Below, piece by piece: positions 37,423 through 46,766 of a DNA stretch of 64,000 nucleotides. Each line of letters opens with the position of its first letter. Within the stretch, counting starts at the first letter, position 1. Origin of the DNA: a virus; IMG/VR virus record IMGVR_UViG_3300012964_000001, positions 1 to 64,000 of that record. The stretch is one strand, 5' to 3'. A program made the translations under genes and the position numbers. The notes below the pieces were generated by a model. The model was not told where the DNA came from, did not search any database, and saw only the letters and a list, made by a program, of their open reading frames with translations.

Positions 37423-37692
37423 ATGCAGGTCGACCTAGGATCCACTTGGCCAGCTCCGGACGGACTCGTCCGGGAGACAGGCTTTGCCATTTACGACCAC
37501 CCTCTCGACTACCCGGAGGGATTCGTGGTGCGGCGCTGGTGGATTTTCCGAGGTCAAACCGAGCCGGTTGCGGACATCGTGCCTCGATTTGCACAGAGCC
37601 TCCAAGAGGCACGGGCGTGGATCCCAGTGGGGCTCACCCGGATGCCGCGTATGCATGGGGATGACCTTTCGATTTGTGAAACGTGGATTTGA
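37423..37692 (+). CDS. hypothetical protein (89 aa)
   Basis: Starts 3 nt after the upstream stop. Confidence 0.5.
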   Translation: MQVDLGSTWPAPDGLVRETGFAIYDHPLDYPEGFVVRRWWIFRGQTEPVADIVPRFAQSLQEARAWIPVGLTRMPRMHGDDLSICETWI

Positions 37693-37728
37693 GCACACAG
37701 GCAAACAAGCAGAGAAGTGAGGGCAACC

Positions 37729-38925
37729 ATGGCTGAAATCAAGCTACCGCCGAGCAAGGGAGAAGACCCGGTTCCGATTCCGCAGCTGAGCGACCAACAG
37801 CTCGGATTCTGGGAGAAGTACCTCGGGGACCAACTGCGCGACGACCCCGATGGAAAATGGTCCTCCAACAACCGGCTCAAACTGGACGCTGTCCAGAAAG
37901 AGCGGTCCGCGCGCGCCAACGGAAAGGCGCAGGCCACGTCGACTCCTGCGACCACCAATCCTCTCCCGGCTCACATCAAGATCCCGCCAGAGCTCCTCAT
38001 GCCCATCGAGGACCCGAAGGATTTCACGGCTCGGATGGCTGAGCTCGACCAGTACGCCAACCTGCTGACGAGCGCGACCACGCTCGATATCCTGCCCCCT
38101 GGGTGCTCACTCACACTCGGAAAGCTCGACGTTTCCGGGGAGCCCTCGGACGGAATGGTCTACAAACAGAAGAAAGACCCCACGGAAGGCGGTCCCGACC
38201 GATTCTCACTCGGAGGCGGAGCACTCAAAAAGCTCGCCCTGTTGGCGAACGTCCGGTACCTCGACCATCGGCAGGAGTTTCTGCCTGGCCAGCCCGGTTA
38301 CCGCGACGAACACGGGAAGTACCCCTATGGTCCGCCGCACCCGTTTTTCCAGCGCTGGACCTGCCGAGGCACGCGCGAAGAACTCGACGGTAGCGTGCTC
38401 GACAAGACCGAGGAAAAAACGGTCGACCTACGGGACGGCTCTCCCGAGGCGTCTCTACAAAGCGATAAGCAGCTCGCGAGAGCTCGCGTGAACATCGAGC
38501 AGGCAACGAAGACCAAGGCCAAGTACCGGCTGATCCGGGTGCTCCTCGGCCTAAATGACGCCTACACCCAGGCCCAGCTCGCCAAGCCGTTCGTCGTCGT
38601 GCGGCTCAACCGGCACGGAAACTACGAGACAGGGAATCCGGAGTTCGACTCTCAGATCAAGATGCTGAACTACCTCCGTGTGCATCAGGCCAACCTGCTG
38701 CTATTCGGGAAGGGACCATCCGAGGTCATCCACGAAGCCTCTCGGCTACTCGATACACAGGTCAAGGCGTCCGTGCCGGCGCAGCTTCCGCCGGCCACCC
38801 TGAAAACTACTGAGACCTTCGACCGGGACGGAGTCTCGCTCGAGGACCCGTCCGGCGAAGACACCGACGACGATCCCGAGGAAGACGACGACCTGGCGGA
38901 TTTCGGCGACAACGACAAGGTGTAG
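37729..38925 (+). CDS. hypothetical protein with acidic SSB-like C-terminal tail; possible recombination protein by context
   Basis: 398-aa ORF with C-terminus EDTDDDPEEDDDLADFGDNDKV. A PD-(D/E)XK nuclease gene lies two genes downstream. Confidence 0.55.
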   Translation: MAEIKLPPSKGEDPVPIPQLSDQQLGFWEKYLGDQLRDDPDGKWSSNNRLKLDAVQKERSARANGKAQATSTPATTNPLPAHIKIPPELLMPIEDPKDFTARMAELDQYANLLTSATTLDILPPGCSLTLGKLDVSGEPSDGMVYKQKKDPTEGGPDRFSLGGGALKKLALLANVRYLDHRQEFLPGQPGYRDEHGKYPYGPPHPFFQRWTCRGTREELDGSVLDKTEEKTVDLRDGSPEASLQSDKQLARARVNIEQATKTKAKYRLIRVLLGLNDAYTQAQLAKPFVVVRLNRHGNYETGNPEFDSQIKMLNYLRVHQANLLLFGKGPSEVIHEASRLLDTQVKASVPAQLPPATLKTTETFDRDGVSLEDPSGEDTDDDPEEDDDLADFGDNDKV

Positions 38926-38927
38926 TC

Positions 38928-39248
38928 GTGATCAAAGAGCGCTTGGTTGTTTTTGAGCAAGCCCACAACTGGGCCATCGGTTGGGACTTCGGGGAAGGTT
39001 GCGACGCTTTCCTTGGTCAGGACCCCAAGGACGGCACTGGGAAGGCTCCAGTGGACAAGGACTCTTGGGAGCACTGGGCTGCGTCCAAGGCACTCCGCGA
39101 TGCCGGTTTGGGATTCAAGTTCGATTCCCGGACGGAAGCTTTGAAAGCACTTAGTCTGGCCAGAGCTGCGCTAAAGACGAAGCGACCATTCGCGGATTGG
39201 GAACTCAAAGCACTGGCAGCAGGGTGGACTCCACCCAAAGGACGTTAG
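38928..39248 (+). CDS. hypothetical protein (106 aa, GTG start)
   Basis: Tightly packed between neighbouring genes. Confidence 0.45.
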   Translation: MIKERLVVFEQAHNWAIGWDFGEGCDAFLGQDPKDGTGKAPVDKDSWEHWAASKALRDAGLGFKFDSRTEALKALSLARAALKTKRPFADWELKALAAGWTPPKGR

Positions 39249-39250
39249 CC

Positions 39251-39931
39251 ATGGCGCCAAGACTTCGGCTCTCTGACGGTACCGCGGTTCCGGCCGTGAC
39301 TTCGATCATCAATCGATTCAAGGACTCAGGCGCACTCATCAACTGGGCATGGCGCGTCGGAAAGGCCGGGGAAGACCTCCGGGGATACCGGGACCCGGCG
39401 GCTGCGGCGGGCAAGATCACGCATGCGTTGATCGATGCCAACAATAAGAGCCAAGCCCCGCGGATTCCGACGTCCGTGGAGCTCGGCGTGGACCCCGACG
39501 TCTACAAGGTGGCGGTCCTGCAAGGCAATAATGGATTCGAGGAGTTCAAGGCTTGGGCAGAACGTGAGTTATTCACGGTCGTCCATAGCGAAATAGCGAT
39601 CGTGAGCTCAGAATACCGCTTCGGCGGTGTCCTTGACGCGATCGGTCGGTGGCGGGGCCGCCGGGTGGTCGCAGACTGGAAACTCGCGTCTGGGGTGTAC
39701 CTCGACCACCTTCTGCAGCTGGCGGCCGAGCGCGTCCTTGCAATTCAGAAGAAACCCGACGAGCCGCCGGACGTCCTACTCCTTCAGATCGACAAAGAGA
39801 CCGGCGAGTGCATCCCTCATACCTGGTCGACTGAGATCCTGGACGAGGCCTTCGAGATGTTCATGGCACTTCGCCGGGCCTACAGCTTCGACGCGAAGCT
39901 CCAGGCCGTCTGCAAAGAGGTGGCGGCGTAA
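39251..39931 (+). CDS. PD-(D/E)XK (RecB/Cas4/YqaJ-like) nuclease
   Basis: GGVLDAIG...VVADWKLASG...LLQLAAE fits the D...(D/E)xK...Q pattern. Confidence 0.55.
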   Translation: MAPRLRLSDGTAVPAVTSIINRFKDSGALINWAWRVGKAGEDLRGYRDPAAAAGKITHALIDANNKSQAPRIPTSVELGVDPDVYKVAVLQGNNGFEEFKAWAERELFTVVHSEIAIVSSEYRFGGVLDAIGRWRGRRVVADWKLASGVYLDHLLQLAAERVLAIQKKPDEPPDVLLLQIDKETGECIPHTWSTEILDEAFEMFMALRRAYSFDAKLQAVCKEVAA

Positions 39932-40087
39932 CCAAGACTTGCCGGCCTTCTCGTCCTGGGGCGGTACAGCTGACGCCTTGGCTCGACGAACGCCGGTGCA
40001 CATGCCGGGCACCAGAGAACGGCTCGGACGCGGCCCGCGAAGGGCAAAGCCCAGTCGAGTGTGACAGCTCGGGTGGGCTCCAATGAA

Positions 40088-40942
40088 ATGGAATCGATGA
40101 AAACGCTCTGCATCTACCACTCGGCCGATTTGGACGGCCATTGCTCGGGAGCCATCGTGCGCCGAGCTCGCCCCGACTGCGAGCTCATCGGCATCAACTA
40201 CGGGGATCCGTTTCCGTGGGACCGTATCGACCAGGACACCGAGGTCATCATGGTCGACTTCAGCATCCAGCCCATCGAGGGCATGGTGCGTCTCCAGCAG
40301 GAGTGCGGGCACCTGGTGTGGATCGACCACCACGAGTCAGCGATCAAGGAGGCAGCAAAGTATCCGGCACTTTACTCGACTCCCGGACTCCGGGTTATCG
40401 GGAAGGCTGCCTGCGAGCTCGCATGGGAGTGGTTCTTCGAAGAGCAGAGTCCGCCATCGGTCTACCTCTTGGGTCGTTACGACGTTTGGGATCTGGACGT
40501 ACACCCCGACGTTCTTCCATTCCAGTGGGGGATGCAATCGCTGAAGGAAACGTCCCCCGGATTCACGCCGCTCTGGGTGGCATTGTTCTCGGGTGATCCT
40601 GATAGTGTCCATCACCTATGCGAGGTAGGACGCACCCTGCTCGAGTTCCAGGCTATCCAGGACGCCAAAGCCTGCGCCGGATGCGCGTTTCCGGCAGAGC
40701 TCGATGGCCTAAAGGTGATTGCGATGAACCGAGGCCTCGTGAACTCCCTAACCTTCAAAAGCGTCTGGGATCCTTCGCTCTACGACGCCATGTGCGCGTT
40801 CGTTCGGCGCCCGAACGGTACCTGGACCGTGTCTCTGTACACGGACCGGGAAGACGTGGACGTCGGCGCCTTCTGCAAGGCACACGGCGGAGGAGGACAC
40901 CGGCAGGCGGCGGGGTTCCAGGTGAAGGAATGTCCGTTCTGA
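40088..40942 (+). CDS. DHH/DHHA1-family phosphoesterase (RecJ/NrnA-like)
   Basis: HSADLDGHCS (DxD), VIMVDFS, WIDHHES (DHH) and HGGGGHRQAAGF (GGGH). The start could be 40061, 40088 or 40097. Confidence 0.8.
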   Translation: MESMKTLCIYHSADLDGHCSGAIVRRARPDCELIGINYGDPFPWDRIDQDTEVIMVDFSIQPIEGMVRLQQECGHLVWIDHHESAIKEAAKYPALYSTPGLRVIGKAACELAWEWFFEEQSPPSVYLLGRYDVWDLDVHPDVLPFQWGMQSLKETSPGFTPLWVALFSGDPDSVHHLCEVGRTLLEFQAIQDAKACAGCAFPAELDGLKVIAMNRGLVNSLTFKSVWDPSLYDAMCAFVRRPNGTWTVSLYTDREDVDVGAFCKAHGGGGHRQAAGFQVKECPF

Positions 40943-40956
40943 GAGGAGTAGATCCG

Positions 40957-41358
40957 ATGAAACCAGAAGAAGTCACGAGCATGATCGAACAGGCAGGAGG
41001 AAATGTGGACGCGATTGGCGCGCTCCCCGACGGTTCGGGGTTCGCCACCGCGAGCTTCCCGCTTCCGAAGGACCACTGGCTCACGCAGCCGGGGGACAAC
41101 GTCCCGCCGATGCCGATGCGAGTCGGAGTTGGTACCGACCGTGACAGACTCGCCGAGCAGATCAAAGTAGCTGCACGCTACGCCGTTCGCGCGACGACGA
41201 TGAATGGATCCGTGGATGACTCTGACCCGGACGCCTGGGTTCAGAACATGATCATCGGCCTGCTCGGCTACTGGACGAAGGACGGGTTGAGCACAGATAG
41301 ATGTGGAAACCCTGACGTCATTCCGGACCCATTTCCGCCGCAGAAGGTCGGGGAATGA
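40957..41358 (+). CDS. hypothetical protein (133 aa)
   Basis: ATG preceded by GAGAGGAG. Confidence 0.5.
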   Translation: MKPEEVTSMIEQAGGNVDAIGALPDGSGFATASFPLPKDHWLTQPGDNVPPMPMRVGVGTDRDRLAEQIKVAARYAVRATTMNGSVDDSDPDAWVQNMIIGLLGYWTKDGLSTDRCGNPDVIPDPFPPQKVGE

Positions 41359-41875
41359 TGATTCTGAGGCGCCCGGATCGTCTCGCAATGGAAGCTGAAG
41401 CTGCTGGTCGGTGCATCGATTCAGCGGCAAAGTCCGGCCCTGGCCCGGGTAGGGCTGACGGTGATGGCGATGTGGCGAGATGACACATGCCTGCGAGCCA
41501 TGCCCGCGGCGACCGGCTCAACGGAGGTCGGTCGTGCTTGCGTACAGCCAACGGTAAAACGAATGGCGAGCTCTACGGCGGGACCCGGAGCCAGTCGAAA
41601 TACTGGCAGGGAAAGCGGCGACCAGGAATCCGGAGCTGGAGCAGGGGCAGGACCTGCCCATCACCCAAACCACGGTGCATCAAACAACCCCTAACAAACC
41701 CATCGGCGGTGCACCGTGGCTCTCTATCCCGCGGGGCCGGAGCGGACTCGGTTCAGCTACTCCGGCTCCGCGGATCTCTACCCACCCGGCGGGTCGTTGC
41801 CGGAGGCCCGCGACGGCGGGTCGAAACGGTACCACTTGGGATTTCGCTCAGGTGGCAGTCTTAGCGTGAGATCTG

Positions 41876-41900
41876 TCCGGTTCGACTCCGGAGCGCAGGA
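41876..41900 (+). other. second tRNA-like T-arm + acceptor-strand segment at the 3' end of a structured non-coding stretch
   Basis: TCCGG-TTCGACT-CCGGA followed by GCGCAGG-A. No complementary 5' acceptor strand lies at tRNA distance. Confidence 0.4.
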
Positions 41901-41945
41901 CTGAAACCTACGTCATTTTCACAACCAACCACCGAGAAGAAAGTC

Positions 41946-42719
41946 ATGGCATCGAAGTACTCCAAAACCGAGAAAACCGTCACCACCACGATCAAGCCCG
42001 GCGACCCGGTCATCACCCAGCCCAACACCTTCAGCACCGCGCTGGAGCTCAAAGGGACCGCTCCGCTCATCCAGAACAACTTCAGCCAGAAGGCCATCGA
42101 ACAGATGCTCCGGAAGCACATGGGGTTGGCCGTCACGCGGGAAGTCAAAAAGCCCAGCGACTGCGTGGAAAACGCCACTATCCGGAACGTAAAGGGTGAC
42201 GTCTGCATCCCCCCGATGGCTCTCAAGAAAGCCATGCTGACCGCGGCCAGTGGCGTGAAGACTCTGAAGAAGACCCAGCTCAGGACGTCGATCTACATCG
42301 TCGGCCAGTCGCTTCCGATCAAGTATTCGAAGATGGTCCCCCGCATGGACATGGTGCGGACCAGCGGAATGAGCCGGACCCCGGATGTCCGGTTCCGGCC
42401 GGCGTTCGACGAGTGGTCGGTGCGCGTCGTGATCGAGTACTCCGACACCCTCGCGGTCCAGACCGTGATCGACCTGGTGCAACGGGCCGGCTCGGTGGGA
42501 CTCGGGGAGTGGCGCCCCGAGAAGGACGGCGTCTTCGGGACCTTCAAGATCGAGCGCGCCATCACTCTAATGAAGGAGATCACCGAAGTCCGGAAGGCGT
42601 GCTCGGTGTCTCTGGTACCGCTCGTCATTCCACCGTGGGCGATGGATCTCGAAATCAGCCCGGACTTGATGCGGAGAATTGCGAACAGCAACACTGAAGA
42701 AGATGAGGAATCGGCGTGA
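41946..42719 (+). CDS. hypothetical protein (257 aa)
   Basis: Long ORF with normal amino-acid composition. ATG is preceded by GAGAAGAAAG. Confidence 0.6.
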   Translation: MASKYSKTEKTVTTTIKPGDPVITQPNTFSTALELKGTAPLIQNNFSQKAIEQMLRKHMGLAVTREVKKPSDCVENATIRNVKGDVCIPPMALKKAMLTAASGVKTLKKTQLRTSIYIVGQSLPIKYSKMVPRMDMVRTSGMSRTPDVRFRPAFDEWSVRVVIEYSDTLAVQTVIDLVQRAGSVGLGEWRPEKDGVFGTFKIERAITLMKEITEVRKACSVSLVPLVIPPWAMDLEISPDLMRRIANSNTEEDEESA

Positions 42720-42774
42720 ACTCTTGGGCGCCCAGGATTGCCATGGTGAACGTCTTGGGCGCCTCTCTATTTTT

Positions 42775-43830
42775 GGCAGGCCTGGAATGGCGCGGCGCGG
42801 CCAGGCGAGGACTGGCTGGGTGCGTCCGGTCGAGGCAAATCACGGCAGGCAAGGCCCGGCGAGTCCGGGACTGGAGTGGACGGGCCCGGCGAGGCGTGGC
42901 GCGGACTGGCAATCACGGCAGGCATGGCTCGGACAGGCGGGGCGAGGCGTGGAGCGGTCAGTCCAGGCAAGGCTCGGCAATCACGGCAGGCATGGCGATG
43001 CCTGGCACGGCGAGGCGTGGCGAGGAGCGGCTCGGCAATCACGGCAGGCAAGGCTGGGCCGGGCGAGGCGCGGAACGGTCAGGTTGGGATATCACGGCAG
43101 GCGAGGCGAGGATGTTCATGGACGGGCCAGGCGCGTAATGGCGATGCAATCACGGCAGGCGAGGCAAGGCTGGGCTAGGCCCGGTACGGCGAGGCGAGGC
43201 AATCACGGCAGGCGAGGCGTGGAATGGCACCGGTGGAACGTTCAGGTCAATCAATCACGGCAGGCAAGGCGTGGCGAGGAAAGGTGTGTAGATGCATGGT
43301 ATGGCAATCACGGCAGGCGAGGCATGGCAAGTCCGGGACTGGAGCGGCACGGTCTGGCGAGGCAATCACGGCAGGCGAGGCACGGCGAGGCAAGGCAAGG
43401 CCTGCCAAGGCCAGGCAATCACGGCAGGCGAGGCAAGACTGGGAGAGGCATGGCGAGGATTGGCGCGGCATTCACGGAAGGCAAGGCGAGTCCGGTCCGG
43501 GCAAGGCGTGGACAGGCGCGGAGCGACTCAATCACGGCAGGCAAGGCTGGGCAGGGCGAGGCGTGACGAGGCACGGCGGGGCAATCACGGCAGGCAAGGA
43601 GTGGCTTGGTGCGGAAGGGCCAGGAGCGGACTGGCAATCACGGCAGGCGAGACATGGCGTGTCGGGGACTGGCGATGCCCGGCGAGGCGAGGCATTCACG
43701 GCAGGCGAGGCGCGGCGGTTCCTGGACTGGAGTGGAGCGCTGGGCTGGGCAATCACGGCAGGCAAGGTTGGGCTTGTAATGGCATGGCATGACCGGGCCC
43801 GGAACGGCAATCCCGTCAGGCAACCAAAGG
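42775..43830. repeat. G-rich degenerate tandem array I: about 18 copies of core GGCAATCACGGCAGGCRAGGC
   Basis: CACGG of the core is at 42841, 42914, 42982, 43040, 43093, 43151, 43204, 43256, 43309, 43367, 43420, 43473, 43533, 43586, 43639, 43697 and 43754, plus a decayed copy near 43811. The period is mostly 53 or 58 bp. Confidence 0.9.
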
Positions 43831-43858
43831 CAGCATCATGAACGATTGAGGTAATCAG

Positions 43859-44437
43859 ATGGCACAGAAGAATTCCAAGAAGACCACCAAGAAACCGTAT
43901 GTAGCCCCCAAAATCGAGTACATCGAGAAAAAGGACGCGCTCATGCAGCGCGAGAAAAAGTCCGTGCTCGTCGACCGAGAACTCGGCAAGATCCACAAGG
44001 AACACGGCGTCGTTACGCCGCAGCTCATGATCGAGTCCGCGCGCAACGCGAAGCACCCGCTCCACCGGTACTTCGAATGGGACGACTCGGTTGCGGCACA
44101 GAAGTTCCGACTCGCCCAGGCCCAATCGCTCATCATGGGCAGCAAGTACGTCGCCGTCCTGAACTCGAAAGCAACGGACCCCGTCAACGACCAGCTCGTG
44201 ATTTCGGCCCACCAAGTTCAGGTCAGGAAGTACTTGCCGATCGCCCGAGGAGCCGGGCAGAAGACCCGAGAGGAAGTCCTCGGCGAGGAGGACAGCAGAG
44301 CACGCTTGGTCGAGCAGAAGATCGGCGTACTAAAGGGATGGTGCCGCTCAGTTTCGGACATCGGAGAGCTCGATAGGGTGCGCATTGGAATCGAACGACT
44401 GGTCCAGGAGGCCACGCATCCGATTGCGGCGGAGTGA
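43859..44437 (+). CDS. hypothetical protein with basic N-terminus, embedded between the two repeat arrays
   Basis: ATG preceded by GAGG. Composition is normal, unlike the flanking repeats. Contains HPLHRYFEWDDSVAAQKFRLAQAQSLI. Confidence 0.6.
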   Translation: MAQKNSKKTTKKPYVAPKIEYIEKKDALMQREKKSVLVDRELGKIHKEHGVVTPQLMIESARNAKHPLHRYFEWDDSVAAQKFRLAQAQSLIMGSKYVAVLNSKATDPVNDQLVISAHQVQVRKYLPIARGAGQKTREEVLGEEDSRARLVEQKIGVLKGWCRSVSDIGELDRVRIGIERLVQEATHPIAAE

Positions 44438-44756
44438 TAAACGGCAGGCGAGGCTGGGCCGGGCGAGGCGTGGCGAGGAGCGGCTCGGCAATCACGGCAG
44501 GCAAGGCGCGGAATTGCGAGTCCGGGAATGTTTGGGCTGGGTTGGGAATGGCAATCACGGCAGTCGAGGCTAGGCCGGGCCTGGAGTGGCTGGGCACGGC
44601 GCGGACTGGACAGGCAATCACGGCAGGCACGGATAGGCCTGGCGCGTCTTGGTTGGTCCGGGCCAGGCGCGGAACGTCGAGGACATCACGGCAGGCGAGG
44701 CGCGGCGCGACTAGGACTGGCGATGCGCGGCAAGTCTATTACGGCAGGAAAGGAAC
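44436..44756. repeat. G-rich degenerate tandem array II: 6 further copies of the same core
   Basis: Cores near 44441, 44493, 44556, 44619, 44687 and 44739. The 46-nt stretch 44462-44507 is identical to 43009-43054. Confidence 0.9.
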
Positions 44757-44763
44757 AACACAA

Positions 44764-45252
44764 ATGGCAGCACGAAAAACGTATAAAGGCAGCATGTCTG
44801 ATTTCGTCCGGGAGCACCCGGACCTGACGACGACTGCGCTCGTCGAAGAAGGCAAAAAATACGGGATGAAGCTGAAAGAAACCTTGATCCGTGTCGTCCG
44901 CTGGAAGGAGAAACAAGCCTCCGGCGCCTCCCCCAAGCGCGGCCGACGCAAGGGTGGCTTCACTCGCCCGACGGCGCCGGCTCAGCCGAAGCCCGCGCTA
45001 TTCACCGGGAAGCGACGGGGAAGACCACCGAAGAACCGGGAGGCGACTCAGAATCGCGAGAATCTGACCGTCTACCGTGACTTCGATGGAAACGAGGTCG
45101 TTGCCAAGGATCTCCCCTTCGACAAAGTCGGGAGCCGCCTGCCGCCCCCCGAGCTCGAGTCCACGGCGCGCGAAGCCGACACGTTCTGCCGCATCGTCAC
45201 CAAGATCGGTACCACGAAGGCCCGGGCTCTCTTGGACGAGCTCGAGAAGTGA
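44764..45252 (+). CDS. AT-hook-containing basic protein (putative DNA-binding)
   Basis: KRRGRPPKN is an AT-hook GRP core, and the middle is Lys/Arg-rich. ATG is preceded by AAAGGAA. Confidence 0.55.
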   Translation: MAARKTYKGSMSDFVREHPDLTTTALVEEGKKYGMKLKETLIRVVRWKEKQASGASPKRGRRKGGFTRPTAPAQPKPALFTGKRRGRPPKNREATQNRENLTVYRDFDGNEVVAKDLPFDKVGSRLPPPELESTAREADTFCRIVTKIGTTKARALLDELEK

Positions 45253-45262
45253 GAGACCTACC

Positions 45263-45457
45263 GTGTTGGAAGTTTTTGCGCTTCTGCTTTCGTTCATCTG
45301 CGGAGTCGCCATCTATCACTGGGGCCGAGTGAACGGCAACAAGCCGGGATATCGACTGATTCAGGATCTTGCTGCGGCCGCTGATAACCCGGACGAGCTG
45401 CGCCTAATGGCACAGGTGGCTCGGCAGGCGCTCTGGAGTAAGAAACAACCACAATGA
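45263..45457 (+). CDS. possible small membrane protein (64 aa, GTG start)
   Basis: LEVFALLLSFICGVAIYHW is a hydrophobic helix. Confidence 0.35.
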   Translation: MLEVFALLLSFICGVAIYHWGRVNGNKPGYRLIQDLAAAADNPDELRLMAQVARQALWSKKQPQ

Positions 45458-45562
45458 CCATCGCCATCTTCCTTATCGCGACCGGAGTCGCGATCTTCTT
45501 CTACCTGCTCGGCTTCTCTGCCGGGCAGAAGGTCAGCAACAATCCATGGAGCAACGACGAAA

Positions 45563-45916
45563 ATGCCACCTAGAAAAGCACCACCAGTAACTCAACCGAC
45601 CGGAACAGCGACAGAAACGTTCGAGCTCGTATCCGATCCGACCCCTTCGGTTGTGGAGAAATTCTACTCTGCCGCCGACAAGTCGGCCTTGAAGGCCAAG
45701 GTCGACGGAATCACCGAGGAGGTCGAGGAACTCAAGCGCCAGATTGACCTCAAGAAAGAGATCCTGAGCGACGCCGTGTTCGAGCTCAAGCAGGCTCTTG
45801 GCGGAAAGTCCTTCAAGGACTCCCAGGGAACGGTTTGGATGTTCTCTAGCCGCGGCAAAGAGACCCCAACCCACTTCCTGCGCCGGCAGGGCAGCTCAGA
45901 AATAGAGGAGCTGTGA
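45563..45916 (+). CDS. hypothetical protein (117 aa)
   Basis: ATG ORF with a 4-nt overlap to the next gene. Confidence 0.5.
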   Translation: MPPRKAPPVTQPTGTATETFELVSDPTPSVVEKFYSAADKSALKAKVDGITEEVEELKRQIDLKKEILSDAVFELKQALGGKSFKDSQGTVWMFSSRGKETPTHFLRRQGSSEIEEL

Positions 45917-46722
45917 ACCAGCAACCCCGTTCCGTTGCCCAGCAAGCCGGCTGCCAGCAGGCTGAGGCATTCTGCCTGATGCTATACCGTGACTCCGCCG
46001 GTAACGAGGAGTGGATTTGGAACTCACGGGACGGGGTTACGCCTTTCATTGTGCGGTCCCGTCAAGGGCTCTCGTCTCAGCACGTCGATTGGAAACGAGA
46101 CCGGTTCCTTCCCTACCACGTGCCGGCCGTTGGGGACCGGATCTTCGTCACCACGACCCCGGAGCGAGCCCGGGAGCAGGCCGAGTCCTGGTACGAGACT
46201 TGGTCAAAGGACCCTGAGCACGGACCTTACTTCTGTTGGCATTGGCCATATCGGTCAAATGCGGTCGAATGGCAGGCGGCAAAGATTCTTTCCTGGATGG
46301 GAGGCGAGTCACCAGAGCTGATTGAGGTCACCGAAGAGATACTGGAACAGCTCCTGAATCGACCGGCACTAGTGCTTGCGAGCGGACACCAGCGGGCAGC
46401 GTTGCTCCAACAAGTAGAACAAGCGAACATGGAAGCAATTGCCTCCACGTCAAAGTTGGGCCTCGAGCAGCTCCAGCGCGAGCTGGCCGACGAAAACGCC
46501 AAGCTGGCCATGATTGCGTCCACGAAAGCAGAAGATGTGACGGAGCTTACCGACCCGCGTCTCGTGCTCGAGGCCCAGTGTCGCGACCTCGGTAGGCTCA
46601 TCCTTCAACAACTTCCGACGGGTACGGGGTTTACCCTATTGCTGTACGACTTCGGCTCCGACGGTAACCTGGCCTACGTTAGCAGCGGAAAGCGCGAGGA
46701 CTGCCTGAAGATGATGAGATAG
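45913..46722 (+). CDS. hypothetical protein (269 aa, GTG start)
   Basis: Long co-oriented ORF. Confidence 0.6.
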   Translation: MNQQPRSVAQQAGCQQAEAFCLMLYRDSAGNEEWIWNSRDGVTPFIVRSRQGLSSQHVDWKRDRFLPYHVPAVGDRIFVTTTPERAREQAESWYETWSKDPEHGPYFCWHWPYRSNAVEWQAAKILSWMGGESPELIEVTEEILEQLLNRPALVLASGHQRAALLQQVEQANMEAIASTSKLGLEQLQRELADENAKLAMIASTKAEDVTELTDPRLVLEAQCRDLGRLILQQLPTGTGFTLLLYDFGSDGNLAYVSSGKREDCLKMMR

Positions 46723-46766
46723 TTTCTGCAGCACGTGGAGTCGCACACGAACTAGGGCTATCTAAC

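Noticed and set aside
41489-41903. A tmRNA gene, suggested by the T-arm plus acceptor-like 3' end and a structured ~400-nt body.
   Set aside because: The only candidate 5' partner (CCTGCGA at 41489) mispairs at position 7. Position 3:70 would be U:A, not the G:U needed for alanine charging. No plausible tag ORF ending in hydrophobic-Ala-Ala-stop was found.
42836-43770. The 8-nt identity CAATCACG between the tandem-repeat core and the reverse complement of the CRISPR repeat 3' end (CGTGATTG), as a possible repeat mimic or anti-repeat.
   Set aside because: Only 8 nt match and the flanks differ. My rough estimate is that a chance match of this kind has a probability of about one percent. That is not negligible given how many comparisons were made by eye, so the match is noted but not claimed.
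42679-44630. Many long overlapping ORFs across the tandem-repeat region, for example 42679-43566 (295 aa), 43224-43841 (205 aa), 43532-44215 (227 aa, minus) and 44223-44630.
   Set aside because: Several frames on both strands are open only because the sequence is T-poor on the + strand. The translations are low-complexity Arg/Gly/Ala/Gln repeats that shift frame with the DNA period. The real gene 43859-44437 has normal composition by contrast.
42775-44756. The G-rich tandem array as a second CRISPR array.
   Set aside because: The conserved core is only ~20 nt. The period varies from 52 to 73 bp. The intervening segments are related to each other and share long identical stretches, so they are not unique spacers.
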